A DNA stretch of 63,327 bases, the filler included, from Octopus bimaculoides (lineage: Eukaryota): the NCBI RefSeq assembly GCF_001194135.2. It is 4 parts of 3 records of this genome, joined end to end, with 100 filler letters (N's around TTAATTAATTAA, not from the genome) between each part and the next. Parts side by side here need not be neighbours in the genome. Positions count along the whole stretch, not along the records: positions 1 to 19,640 come from NC_068983.1; 3 more parts are not named here. One strand, written 5' to 3'. Position numbers and translations under genes: made by a program. The notes under the pieces were generated by a model. That model saw only the letters and a list, made by a program, of their open reading frames with translations. It had not been told where the DNA came from and did not search any database. How positions within the stretch are numbered: the first letter of the stretch is position 1; each line of letters opens with the position of its first letter. This document shows positions 1 through 11,650 of the stretch, piece by piece.

Positions 1-300
1 CAGAACATTGGCAAATCTTTTCTTATCTGCTTCTCCTCTGGCTAAATAAACCTGTCGCCTAGCTTCCCTTCTGGCAGATTGGTACAATTCCCTGCTACCA
101 CCGTTCTTCCAGTCCTTCCAAGCCTGTTTCTTTTGTCTAATAGCCCCGTCTACATCCTTGTTCCACCACCACGTTACTCTGGGTCGAGAGGGGACTTTAC
201 ACCAGCCACAGATCTGGTCTGTGGCTCTCAACAGGTTGTCCCGCAGAAATCTCCAATTGTCTTCCACGTTGTATGATGCTATATCCCCTTCTATTTCGTC
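1..300 (-). mobile_element. RTE-clade LINE ORF fragment
   Basis: Near-copy of 30655-30790. The minus strand reads ..WWNKDVDGAIRQKKQAWKDWKNGGSRELYQSARREARRQVYLARGE.., a typical linker between LINE endonuclease and RT. Confidence 0.8.
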
Positions 301-593
301 TAAAATGAATATCTTGTGCAATGCATACAGAAAGGTAGTGAAAAATATTACTTTGAAGTAAAGTGATTGTGATTGATGCTATTGCCACCATTATAAGAAA
401 ACTTTAAATTGAACATGTGAGGATAGTATCTCATTGACATTTCATTCAAGATATGCAACTTGTTTAATAAACTACTAGAGTAGTTAATGTAACATTTCCT
501 TTTTCTACACATGCTTATAAGTTTATTTGGATGTTTCTAATGGGTTGCTTTTGTTTGAACATATTGCTCCTGCAAATGTTGTTTTATTTTGTC

Positions 594-644
594 CTCTGTC
601 CCTGACATTCCATCCCTGACAGGGATGGAATGTCAGGGACGGAG
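594..644. repeat. Near-perfect palindrome (25-bp stem, 1-nt centre)
   Basis: gtccctgacattccatccctg (598-618) - a - cagggatggaatgtcagggac (620-640) is an exact 21-bp inverted repeat, extendable by 4 bp with one G:T. Confidence 0.9.
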
Positions 645-885
645 AATAGGATAAACCCCAGCTATTCTTTCCCGTTTGATCAAGAATTTTCTGTTCCTTC
701 AGATGTTCACTTCCTTATAAATATTTTCTACTAATTTGCTGCACAAATTTGGTTGAGATTTTAAAAAAAAAATTACATCATACTGATAATGAAGAAAATA
801 TTATCATTGAATCTTTATCTTCTAAAATCTTTCTTTCTTTTGAGACACAACAAAATCTATGCATTTCTTTTTGTTTTTTCCATAG

Positions 886-996
886 GTCGGGTTCCAGAAA
901 GTATGCATGCCTTTCAACAACTGAAAGACAAGGTAGACGTTAATTTGGGTTCAATCCTGGCTCTAATTTATGGTTACAAGAAGTTAAAGAATAATA
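886..996 (+). CDS. TTC21B: TTC21B/IFT139 exon (first in window; upstream exons lie outside)
   Basis: Acceptor ttttttccatag, donor a|gtaggt. Encodes GRVPESMHAFQQLKDKVDVNLGSILALIYGYKKLKNN, similar to human [32 protein letters not shown] (recalled). Phase 1 to 1. Confidence 0.9.
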
Positions 997-1789
997 GTAG
1001 GTGGAACTTTATTCTTCTTGTAAAATAGTTTTCCAACAATTAATTCCTTTTTATTTGCAGAGCACTCAGTGGTCTAATCATGATTTTTTTTCATCATTGT
1101 TGGTTTCTTCTCACCATACAAGACCTTCTGAACCTGGTTTGCCAGCCAAGAAACTGGGATACTCCTGTCAATTCAACCAATGAAGGATGTGTAGCTAGTT
1201 GTGTAGATATGTGTGTGCAGTGAAAAATGAGCATGGTATTATGTTTGTGGATCTTTTATTGAGGGCAAAGTACCAAATGTGTTTGGCTTTATGATGATAT
1301 GGATCAAAGAAGAGTACTTTTTTTCAGTTCTAAGTGGGTTAGTATTGCAAAATCTGACTAATCTATTGATTATAACACAGGTTAAAGCTAAAAGTTCTCA
1401 GAAATCTTGTGGGTTGTTAATGGTACTTAATTTTGGTTGCCCAAGCAGGATTTTATTTCATGCATTCATGTTGTTGTTTAGTCTCCACATCAGCTTTGAC
1501 TGACCAGACCAATAACAAAGTTGTTCAAACCTGACCATCCTGTCTTCTTGTCATTGTGTCTAGAACAGCATTGTTTATGATTACTGCATGTGATTTGAGG
1601 AAGATATGGTTATTATTTCTAGCAAGTTGAATGATCACATCAAAGCTCCCTCATTTCATACAGAGAGATAAATCATGAACTGAATCTAGTTAAAATTACA
1701 GATCTACAAAAGAAATGAATGTACTTTGCCTTTCAGTATTTTTAGGTTTTATACTTTTCTGATTTGTATACTGAAGGGAGAAAAATGAA

Positions 1790-1887
1790 GGAAGTTTATA
1801 AACATGTAACAGTATTTTAATGAGGGAAGTTTATAAACATTTAACAGTATTTTAATGAGGGAAGTTTATAAACATGTAACAGTATTT
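1790..1887. repeat. 35-bp tandem repeat, about 2.8 copies
   Basis: Unit ggaagtttataaacatgtaacagtattttaatgag starts at 1790, 1825 and 1860. Confidence 0.9.
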
Positions 1888-1912
1888 AAATTTTTATTAT
1901 CTTTCATTGTAG

Positions 1913-1977
1913 ATCGTGAAGAACTACAAGAACTTGACCGAAAACTAAAAGAGGAAAGAAAGCAGGCTGGTGAAAGG
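1913..1977 (+). CDS. TTC21B: TTC21B exon
   Basis: Acceptor ctttcattgtag, donor agg|gtgtgt. Encodes NREELQELDRKLKEERKQAGER vs human [22 protein letters not shown]. Confidence 0.9.
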
Positions 1978-2829
1978 GTGTGTTGATTAAATTTGGTTTT
2001 TATAGGATTTTAAGAATGGAAGTAATACAGGAGTGCTTATAGCAGTAAATGAAACCTGCAATTTTCAAAAAAAGATGTAAACTATATGAAAATATTAATA
2101 ACTATCTACATTGATACGAATGTATATTTTGGTATGTTTGATTCTGTGCATTGTATATATGTATGTATGTGTGCGTGTGTACAGAATCAAGTATACAGAA
2201 ACATTAGCATCGATATAGATAGATGTTGATATTCTCATATAATTTATTTGTTTGTCTGAAAATTGCATATACTCACACACACACCCAATGTCTGATGAAA
2301 GCGTATCAAGACTGGTGCTATGAAAAGAAAACTCCAGTGCATATCAATTTCGCATTTAATCTCCATCACAATAGTTCCCTTCTTATGCCACACACTTTAT
2401 CCAGCATTGTTTCCATTGATGGAAGCACTCCTAGAACTCTCTTGAAATCTTGTTCCTTTTAAGTGAAATTTGATGTTTGGAAAGATTCTTGGCCATAATA
2501 ATCTTCAAGCCATGTCTTTTTACATACACACACACACACACATACTTTCTCTGCCATAGTCACTGATGGAACCTCTGTGTTGTGGTGAGATGACCACACT
2601 CTACACACATTACTTCCAAGCATTGCTGTAAACAATGGGAGTAAGTGAGAACTCTTTTAGTGCCTTTTTAACTTAACACACCGATTTCCACTCATTTGCT
2701 TATTTATTTTTGCTAAAATTTTCGTTGCGACTTTCAACATTTTCAATAGACGTTGACTCTGTCCGTTATTGGAATTGCGATAATGTTTTTTCTTGGTGAA
2801 GAATGTACTACCTACTACTAGTTAGTAAC

Positions 2830-3260
2830 TTCAGACTAAGAGCAAATTAATCTGGAAAAGAAAGATATGGAAGCTCAAAAGTCTATTGAACAGTCACAGA
2901 TATAGAGATGTTCTAATTAAAGCATCAAACAAGGAGGAAGAGACAGATGTAGAACATAGAGGTTAACTGGAAGTTCTTACAGGACAACCTATTGAGGACT
3001 ACAGACCAAATCTGTTATCGGTGCAAAGTTCCAACGAGACTAAAGATGACATGGTAGTGGAATGGTGAAGTAGACAGAGCCATGAAAACAGAGACTGGCA
3101 TGAAAGGATTGGAAGAATGAGGGTAGAAGAGGATACCAAGTAGCTAAAAGAGGAACTACACAATAGATTTGTTTGGCCATGGGAAGGGCAAAAAGGAGGA
3201 GTTTTGCCAATGTTCTACAACATGAGGACCAGAGGCATGAACTGATCTCTCTCTTAAAAA
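2830..3260 (+). mobile_element. Degraded RTE LINE fragment
   Basis: Translates in pieces to ..AMGRAKRRSFANVLQHEDQR.., homologous to the KKKYANVLRHEDQR segment at 30591-30803 (-). Confidence 0.65.
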
Positions 3261-3280
3261 CACATGTCACTTATCACTCG

Positions 3281-3344
<64 letters not shown>

Positions 3345-3629
3345 ACGCCCGTTCCCTCTTTCTTTACGGAAATTGCTGAATTGATGTAAACAAAGACATG
3401 TTGACCAGCTGACTACTGGTTGATAATCAGTAGGGAAAGAGGTAGATAGAGAGAGAGTGTGAAAGAGATAGACAGAGAGAGAGATGGGGAAGGGAGGGGG
3501 AAAGAGGCTGTCACTGACTAACGTCCGATTGTCAAGCGATTGTCAAATGATTTGGCATTTAGAGAACTTGTACCGAATGATCGCCGCCAGTTCTTCTCTC
3601 AGCACATACTATGTCATTTATGCACACTC

Positions 3630-4135
3630 ACATTGCACAGCCAATGGAGCATTCTCACCCACCTCATTTTCCCCAGTCTTTTCCTGTCCTCTGCTTTTCA
3701 GGCCCATGTCTCACTACCAGGCAACATTGCAGTTCTGCTGCAAGTATCATACAAGCTGCCTTTTATTTTGTGGGAAAAGACCTTGGTTGCCAGTAGTAGT
3801 AGCTCCCTGAACTTTCTCAAACCCTTTCTTACTCTGGCTACTAAAGTTTCAGAGCAACCACCTTCTTTGCTGATAACATCTCCCAGGTAACAAAAGCTAT
3901 TAACTACTAATTAGCCATCCAGGCATTCAAGGTACTCTATTTCCAGTGTGTTGACAGAATATACTGCTCTACTGCATCTGTCACATAGGAAGCTTAATAT
4001 TGCTCTGTTAGTCTGCCAGTGATTCCACTCCATCTCTTGTGCATCCCAAGTTTACACTGGGTGCAGCCTTTTCTGTAGAGTGAGCAAGACCATTTCCTCA
4101 AAGACACCAGAGTTCTGTCTTCTTTCTTACATACT
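3630..4135 (-). mobile_element. Degraded RTE LINE fragment (post-RT region)
   Basis: Homologous to 29230-29400 and 35340-35570 (minus strand KFRELLLLATK..., GSETWA-like motif). Confidence 0.7.
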
Positions 4136-4317
4136 AAAACCTTTGTATGCGCATGTATTTAACTTGCCCCTTTGGTGAGTTTGTGTGACACTGCTGAATT
4201 GTTGGAGTGTTTTATCAATAGAAACTTCTTTTGCTCAAATGGGTTTTGTTTCTAACAATTATTGTTTTTATTATACATTACTGTTGTACTGTATTAAAAA
4301 GTAGTCTTTTTCTTCAG

Positions 4318-4419
4318 AGTCTTTTTTATGCTGGAACTTTGCTGTTCTTGATTGAAAAATATGATAAATCAAAAGAATATCTTGACAGAGCACTAAAGCT
4401 GAATGAACAAAATAAGCAG
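4318..4419 (+). CDS. TTC21B: TTC21B exon
   Basis: Acceptor ctttttcttcag, donor cag|gtaagt. Encodes SLFYAGTLLFLIEKYDKSKEYLDRALKLNEQNKQ (TPR-like) vs human [27 protein letters not shown]. Confidence 0.92.
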
Positions 4420-4908
4420 GTAAGTTTTCTCAGAAAGCTGCACTGTTTTATTGTTGCTGTTTCTATTGCTGTTGTTTCTTCCATATCGAGTCTCAGCTAT
4501 GTATCAAGATTCCTGCCATATTCAAAGCTATATATTGTGACACATGATTATTACAAAGTGAAAAAATCTAATTTTGTTAATAGAAGAAGTAACAACTGCT
4601 CAAATTTCTTTCATACATTTCTTAAATCTAGCTATAGTACTCTTGTTAAGCTTGAGAATATTTGTTTAATGTTGTGTGATTGATGCTCCTAAGTCACGCA
4701 GTCATGAAAAATAAAGCCTTTTACTTTGTTGATGATAAATGCTTATATATAGAATCATTAACGTAGAAGCTACTTCAATAAAATGTGCTAATATATTTAC
4801 CCTTGTAATTTTGGCTCTCTTGCTCAATCAAGCTCTGTAACTAGAGGTCGTTTTCTGTCAACATGTGAAATTTCACTATAGTGACCAGAAAATTCCAGGT
4901 GTAAAATA

Positions 4909-6142
4909 TTGGGTCATTCCATAAATAATGCAGTTTTTTTTTTATACTTCTTTTATTTTTCAAAATTAAGATAATCTAAAATTTACTTTCCTTCATTTTC
5001 TACAGTGCTCTTCCATCTATCTGGTAGTCTTGTAAGGCCCCTCTTCTAAAATTTACTTGTCTGTGACGAAAAATGCTCCTCCTGTACTGTTCTGACCTCA
5101 TCTACAGAATTCATATTTTTTCTGTCGAAATGATTTTAAGACTGTGGAATAAGTGATAATCAAATGGGGCAATGTCCAGCAAATATGGTGGGTGGGGCAT
5201 CATTTCCCATTCAAACTGCTCTAGCCTTTGGAATGTGGCTGAGCATTATTCTGATGGAAGAAGACCTTTCGTCTTGAAACCAAAGATGGTCGTTTTCCTT
5301 CAAGCGCTGACTTAAGCTTCTCACAGTAGATCTCCTTTGTTATCATTTAGTTTGGGTTTAAAAGTTCAAAGTGGACTAAACCTTTCATACTGATAACAAC
5401 ACCTTACCTGGGTGAAGGCCTTCTTTAGCCTGGGGTGCCGGTGTTTCTCCTTTCCCTACCCACTGTCTTTCACACTTAACATTTTTATAGAGAACCAATT
5501 TCTCATCACCAGTCACTATTTGGTCTAAAAAAGATTCTTTCATGAGATGTGACACCAAGAAGAGCACACATTCATTCGCTGCACGCAATTAGACTCGGAA
5601 AGTTTGTGATGAACCCATTGACCCAATTTGCAGACTTTTCTGATGGCACACAGGTGTTGATGAATGGTTGAGAGACCAAATTCAAGTTTTTCTGCTAGTT
5701 CATCAACAGTTACGATGGGATTTTGTTCCACCAGGGTTTGCAAGACATTCTCATGAGCTCTACAGATCTTTCAGGACGAGGCTCATCTTCTAGGCTGTAG
5801 TTTCTGACTTGAAATTTCTGGAACCACCATTCACACTGGCTTACGCTTATTGTCCAATCTCCATATACTGCATTAATATTCTTTGCACTCTTTGTGTTGT
5901 TGCCTTTATTGAACTCATAAAGCTAAATGTGCTGAATATGCTCCTTTGCCACTTCCATTATAGCTTTGAAAAAATAACTGTTAAAATCGAACTGCACTCT
6001 TCAAAACTTGCACTAAGAATAAGGACAAGGTAAAATTACTACCTGCTTTTATAGCAAGTTGATGCAGGTAATTTATCTCATCCCCCTCCGACTTTTAGTT
6101 CATGCAATTGAAAAAAAACACATTATTTATGGGATGAGCCAA
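4909..6142 (-). mobile_element. Full-length degenerate mariner (Tc1/mariner)
   Basis: TIRs ttgggtcattccataaataatg (4909) and cattatttatgggatgagccaa (ends 6142), 20/22 match, TA on both sides. Frameshifted transposase pieces FLDQIVTGDEK..WVGKGETP..LHPGKVLLSV and NPIVTVDELAEKL..KLGQWVHHKLSE. Confidence 0.92.
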
Positions 6143-6296
6143 TATGTTTTGGTAAAACATCAAAAGTCAGTCAAAACAAGTTATAAAATGAAGCAATAAT
6201 CCAGAAACCTCAAAATAAACTAAGTAATAGCTAAGTATTTATATTTGTATGGCAATGCTTATCATGCAGAAAAAGATTTCAATTCAATGTGAAAAT

Positions 6297-6445
6297 CAAT
6301 CATCATCATCATTTAACATCCATTGTCCATGCTGACATGTGTTGGACAAATTGACTAGGGCTGGAAGGCTGCACCAGACACCAGTCTGATTTGCCATGAT
6401 TTCTACAGCTGGATGCCAACCACTCTGAGAGTGTAATGGGTGCAT
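6297..6445 (-). mobile_element. RTE LINE 3' tail (or tail-derived short repeat)
   Basis: (CAT)n followed by tttaacatcc..tccatgct..tttctacagctggatgcc. Same motif at about 9073-9400 (-), 17600-17810 (+), 18365-18560 (-), 22250-22587 (+), 25080-25260 (-), 26668-26785 (-), 28560-28720 (-), 33380-33445 (+), 34608 (-). Confidence 0.8.
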
Positions 6446-7130
6446 CCTTTTATATATTCTTCTTTCCATAACTAAGTATAAACATTGTTGTTCCACTTTA
6501 AAAAGATCAACATGGCATGATTGTTTTAGATATAACTAATTATTGTACAATGATGCTTCAGCTGAAAGCTAAAGAGCTGAACTTTCACATGATATTTAAT
6601 AATAGAAAGGAGAAAGTCTCATGCAATTCTAACCACATTGTTCACTCACTACATTAGATTGAGCCATTTGGCTGTGAGTGGATATTAACATACCACCATA
6701 AAATATTAAGACACTTGTAGAGAAAAATATTTTAGTGGATGTGGTTTGGGATAACAAGTTAATGGTTACTGAGTTTAAATCCTCAGTAGGCATTTTATTA
6801 TCTCTGGGCAAAAGACTTAATTCTTCATTTCTTTGTTTACCTAGTGAACAGGAATGGGTACCAAAACTTCAGGGAAAGTTACTTGCAATATATTAAAATC
6901 TTATCCAGGGGAGATTGTTTCTTATCTATTTAACACTCCAGAAACCTGAGTTAATCAAGGTCCAAGAAACGATTTATATTTTATTTAAATGCACTTGAGT
7001 TTTTTTCAAGGATATCTACAAGTATAGGAGGCAACTAAAGAATTAAACTAAAAAGTATAATTTTTTTTTTTTGCTTTGTTTTTTATAAAGTGTTGTAAGT
7101 AAATGTTCCTTGTATACTTTGCTTTTCTAG

Positions 7131-7222
7131 TCTTTAGCACTAAAAGGTTGGTTAGAACTGGAATCTGGCAAAGACCCACATGGTAAAAGGGCTTTCAAAT
7201 ATTTTGATGAAATTACTCGAAT
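7131..7222 (+). CDS. TTC21B: TTC21B exon
   Basis: Acceptor tttgcttttctag, donor at|gtaagt. Encodes SLALKGWLELESGKDPHGKRAFKYFDEITR vs human [27 protein letters not shown]. Not in the ORF track. Confidence 0.92.
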
Positions 7223-8670
7223 GTAAGTGCATTTTAATTTTTGTATGATGAATATCCAATAGAAAAAGTAAATATTGTAGAGCTGGTGTTTAACTTTAGA
7301 ATTCTCAGCAAAATCAATAGTAGTATCCAGTGTTTTGTGAGGAATATGAAGATAAATTGACAATTTTAAATTAACAAAATTTAATGTAAATAGATATGTT
7401 AGTAGCTTCAAAATTCAGATACCATGCACTTCGAAAAGTCAGGTATCTCCCTTAAGAACTGCATACATCACAAAATTAAACATTCTATATAAATAATAGC
7501 CTTTGCAATGAGATCATCTACTGTCTCTATATGTGTTTATTTATTGTTACAAATGCTAGTTTTCTTGTGATGGGGAAAATAATTTGAGTTCTACATAGTT
7601 GCTTTATATTTCTGTCACTACAATTAATCACGTACTACCAGCTAACCACAATCAATCTTTTTAATGATTGTACCCTGACTTAGTTTGGCTTTAATCTCTT
7701 GAAACTTGGTCTTTATTTAGATTGCGATATAATTAACATTTACAACTATAAAAAAAAAATTAAAAAGAAACACTTGTTGATGACTCTAACATGTATTAGC
7801 TACTATTTAGTCTGTTAAACTTTGAACAATCTGAATCACAAGCAACCAACCCTGGGCAGAGGGCTATCTGTCCTTGCAAACAATTTCCCTACTGTTATTG
7901 GCATAGCAGAACATTATAGCCTTTTGTTTTACTTCAAATATGTTTTAACATACCAGCTGGCTCTGATTGCTTTGTTTGTCACTGAATTTGTAAGATCCTA
8001 TGCTCAATGCAGAGTGTATGTAATGAATATAGTAGACCTGGTAAGCAACAAAGCAGATAGAAATATTGGTCTGCTTTCTGATCACAAGCTCTCATTTAAT
8101 TGGGTTTTGGCTCAAACTTCACAAAATTGAGTGTTCAGGTAGGAGTAAAAAGCAAGTTTGTTTGTTTATTTATTATCAAACTTATCCATTGACTCTGGAG
8201 AGAAAACTTCAGTTTAATGTACTACATTTTCATGTAATTAATTTGATTTGATTATATTCTCGTTTATTTGTTTCCTTTGCTGTTAAATATTAAACTACAG
8301 TTTAAATTAAGCATTAACCACACTAATTCACCACTACTTTAGTTTAAGAGGTCTCTATGACATGGAGGACATTGCTTTTTCTTTAGGCTCCTAGGCATGA
8401 TAAAAATATGAGAATCTTGGCAACATGTCATGAAATTCAATTAATTTAGGCTACATTCTATTGATGGAAACCAAAATGTCATTCTTGTCCAAGACCAAAA
8501 TGTTGGTTCCCTATTCATGTGTCTTTTGCTGATAAGAACAATTAGGAAGGCATTCCTGGTCTTGTATTTTGTTTGGTAGTGGTACAAATCTGAATGCTGT
8601 CTTCTATTCTGAGAATGACAGAAGGTCTTTTCTTTTATATATTCATACAATTGTTTCTCTATTTCCGCAG

Positions 8671-8868
8671 GTCTGATGGTGCTAATGAGGTCAATGCCTT
8701 TTTAGGTTTGATTCGATGTTTTATGGCCCGCTGCAGCTTCAATAAGGCATTAGAAATTGCTAATCAGCTCATTGTTGGTCGTTCTGACTTTCTTCCAGCC
8801 CTAGAGGAAAAAATGAAGATACAACTAGCGTTGAAAGACTGGGATCAAGCAGTAGAAACTGCATATCT
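8671..8868 (+). CDS. TTC21B: TTC21B exon
   Basis: Acceptor tctctatttccgcag, donor ct|gtaagt. Encodes SDGANEVNAFLGLIRCFMARCSFNKALEIANQLIVGRSDFLPALEEKMKIQLALKDWDQAVETAY vs human [25 protein letters not shown]. Confidence 0.96.
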
Positions 8869-9072
8869 GTAAGTTCTCACTTTTCAAGTTCTGCTTTTTG
8901 TTTTTATAATTATTTCTTTTATTTATTTAGTAATTTTACTCCATATTTACTTGTTAGGTCAGTCAATATTTAAAAAGAATAACTTATTCAAATAGAAATT
9001 ACTATTCTTACCTAAAATTTTCCTACCTTTTTTCCCCTTCTAATTTGAAGAAGATAATAGCAACAACATTCA

Positions 9073-9400
9073 CATCATCATCATCGTTTAACGTCCGCTT
9101 TCCATGCTAGCATGGGTTGGACGATTTGACTGAGGACTGGTGAAACCAGATGGCTACACCAGGCTCCAATCTGATTTGGCAGAGTTTCTACAGCTGGATG
9201 CTCTTCCTAACGCCAACCACTCCAAGAGTGTAGTGGGTGCTTTTACATGCCACTGGCATGAAGGCCAGTCAGGAGGTACTGGCAACAGCCACGCTCGAAA
9301 TGGTGTATTTTACGTGCCACCTGCACAAGAGCCAGTCCAGCGGTACTGGCAACAAACCCGCTCGAACATCTTTTCACGTGCCCAAGTGCCAGGAAGACGA
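9073..9400 (-). mobile_element. Young RTE LINE 3' end
   Basis: catcatcatcatcgtttaacgtccgctttccatgctagcatgggttggacg..ctacagctggatgc; CpG-rich and little decayed. Confidence 0.85.
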
Positions 9401-9699
9401 TGTTGGTAATGATCACGCAATGAAAATGAATTTTGGAATGAATAAATTAATTTTCTGTTTCTCAGTTATTTCATTTAAAAATACTCTAGAACTTTTTTAT
9501 AAATACAAGAACTGTTACCCAGCAATATTTTTTGAAGAGGTGTCACCTTTGCAGCATATCAATTGCAAATCATCTAAACTTTTACAATATTAATATTCAA
9601 CCATGTGAAAAAATTTAAGACTATAACTTTGAAGATTTATATGATAATTTTTATTGATATTTGTTCTGGTTGTGTTTCATTTATTTTGCTACATTTCAG

Positions 9700-9784
9700 G
9701 GCTCTAGATATAGATCAGTTCAATATTGAAGCATTAACCATAATTACTCTCTATCATCTGTGTTGTTTAGGAGACTATAACGAA
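9700..9784 (+). CDS. TTC21B: TTC21B exon
   Basis: Acceptor tgctacatttcag, donor gaa|gtaagt. Encodes ALDIDQFNIEALTIITLYHLCCLGDYNE vs human [27 protein letters not shown]. Confidence 0.9.
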
Positions 9785-10522
9785 GTAAGTGTGATTTTTC
9801 ACTAATTTCATATATTTATCATCTTTAGAAAGGTTAATTTTATAAGCTGAAAAGGTCATTTTAGAATGCTGGGTTACAGAAGACTGGTTAATAAGTCATT
9901 TGAAAAGATTGCCATTATATTATACCATATTGAAGATAATGAAAATTTACTCTTCTTCATTTAAAAGCAGTAGATACATGATGGAAGGAGATAAATAAGA
10001 AGTAACGATAGCGTGCTAGAACAAAAGAACAAGAAGACTGGCATAAGAAAGGAAGGATACAGACAGTGGGTCATGGGAGGGGGTGAGTGTGTGGATGCTT
10101 TCAGGGGTGATAAACAGGTGGAGGTAGAGGTTAACGTAATGAGTGATGAAGAAGGGTCGGGGGTGCAGATGATAGGAAATACTGATAATGATCAGCAAGG
10201 TCGAGAGAGGAATCCTGATGATTGGGCTACCCAGGATTTTCTTGCATCTAGCCCATGTCTGCACAAAACTGGAGTAAAAACCAGACTGGATTATTTTTAT
10301 GTGCAACTCCACTGTCCCCCAAGACAAAAGGAGGCCAACAACAACAAGTGGGATTGCTATAATTGATTAAGCTTCTTGAAGGCAGTGCCATAACATAACC
10401 AAAGTGCAGTAACTGAAACCAGTTAAAGAACAAATGAAAATTGATAAATTTCATATGTATTCTCCATGTATTCTACTCAACTTCATATTAATATTACAAT
10501 TTCTTATTGCTTTACTTGGTAG

Positions 10523-10621
10523 GCTTCAGGATATCTTGAGAGGTTGCTGAATAGCTTGAATAAAGTTGAACAGTCAAGCTACTCCATATACCATAAGAGG
10601 GCATCACTTTTCTCCCGAATT
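10523..10621 (+). CDS. TTC21B: TTC21B exon
   Basis: Acceptor ctttacttggtag, donor att|gtaagt. Encodes ASGYLERLLNSLNKVEQSSYSIYHKRASLFSRI; 99 nt, phase 0 to 0. Confidence 0.9.
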
Positions 10622-10998
10622 GTAAGTGAAGAATTTTATTTTGATTTGTAGTTGCATTCTGTTTTAAGAGAAACATTGGACCACTTAGTAAAAAAATAAC
10701 TGTTTACAGCAAAACAGCTCCCATTGCATACAATGTATTACTCAGCATGTCTTAAGCCTGTTTTAAAGCAGATACCTTTATCTCTTCATAGTTTGAATGT
10801 ATATTCATATTAATATTACAGCCATGTATCGTGGTTAAATTCATTTTGCAGCCACATTGTCATGAGCTCAATCTCACTTTACAGCCCCTTAAGTGTTTCC
10901 AGCTGTAGCTCCCAAGATGTTCTATCAAATTTTGAGAGTGGAAATTAGTTGAGGTAAACTGTGCTGAAGGCTGTTTTATATATATATATAATGTTTGT

Positions 10999-11376
10999 GG
11001 AGGCGCAATGGCCCAGTAGTTAGGGCAGCGGACTTGCAGTCATAGGATCGCGGTTTTGATTCCCAGACCGGACGTCGTGAGTGTTCATTGAGCAAAAACA
11101 CCTAAAAGCTCCACGAGGCTCCGGCAGGGGATGGTGGTGAACCCTGCTGTACTCTTTCACCACAACTTTCTCTCACTCTTACTTCCTGTTTCTGTTGTAC
11201 CTGTATTTCGAAGGGCCAGCCTTGTCACACCGTGTCACGCTGAATCTCCCCGAGAACTACGTTAAGGGTACACGTGTCTGTGGAGTGCTCAGCCACTTGC
11301 ACGTTAATTTCATGAGCAGGCTGTTCCGTTGATCAGATCAACTGGAACCCTCGACGTCGTAAGCGACGGAGTGCCA
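10999..11376 (+). mobile_element. Full-length tRNA-derived SINE with 13-bp TSD
   Basis: A-box tggcccagtagttagg, B-box-like ggttttgattccc, A-rich tail. TSD atatataatgttt at 10984-10996 and 11383-11395. A reverse partial relative lies at about 32510-32760. Confidence 0.9.
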
Positions 11377-11457
11377 TAAAAAATATATAATGTTTATCAA
11401 GTGCTTGTTAATTAGTAAGTTAAAACTCTATTTCTCTCTCTCTCCAAAATATTTCAG

Positions 11458-11650
11458 TGTGGCCGCAATGAATTGATTCTACAACACACACATACATTAG
11501 CCCAGTGCTCTGTTGAAGAAGGTAACTGCAATGCTGAATACATGAGGGAAGTAGCTTACCAGTTTCTTCTAAGTGGAAAAATCAAAGAAGCTATGGAAAA
11601 TTACAAAGAGACAATTAAGCTGGATGAAACCCACCTACCTGCAGTCACTG
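11458..11650 (+). CDS. TTC21B: TTC21B exon
   Basis: Acceptor aatatttcag, donor g|gtataa. Encodes CGRNELILQHTHTLAQCSVEEGNCNAEYMREVAYQFLLSGKIKEAMENYKETIKLDETHLPAVT vs human CGRSQLILQ...[26 protein letters not shown]. Confidence 0.95.

Noticed and set aside
10013-10366. 117-aa acidic/Gly-rich ORF in a TTC21B intron
   Set aside because: Purine-rich repeat-like DNA is naturally poor in stops on this strand; no splice signals or recognisable motif.
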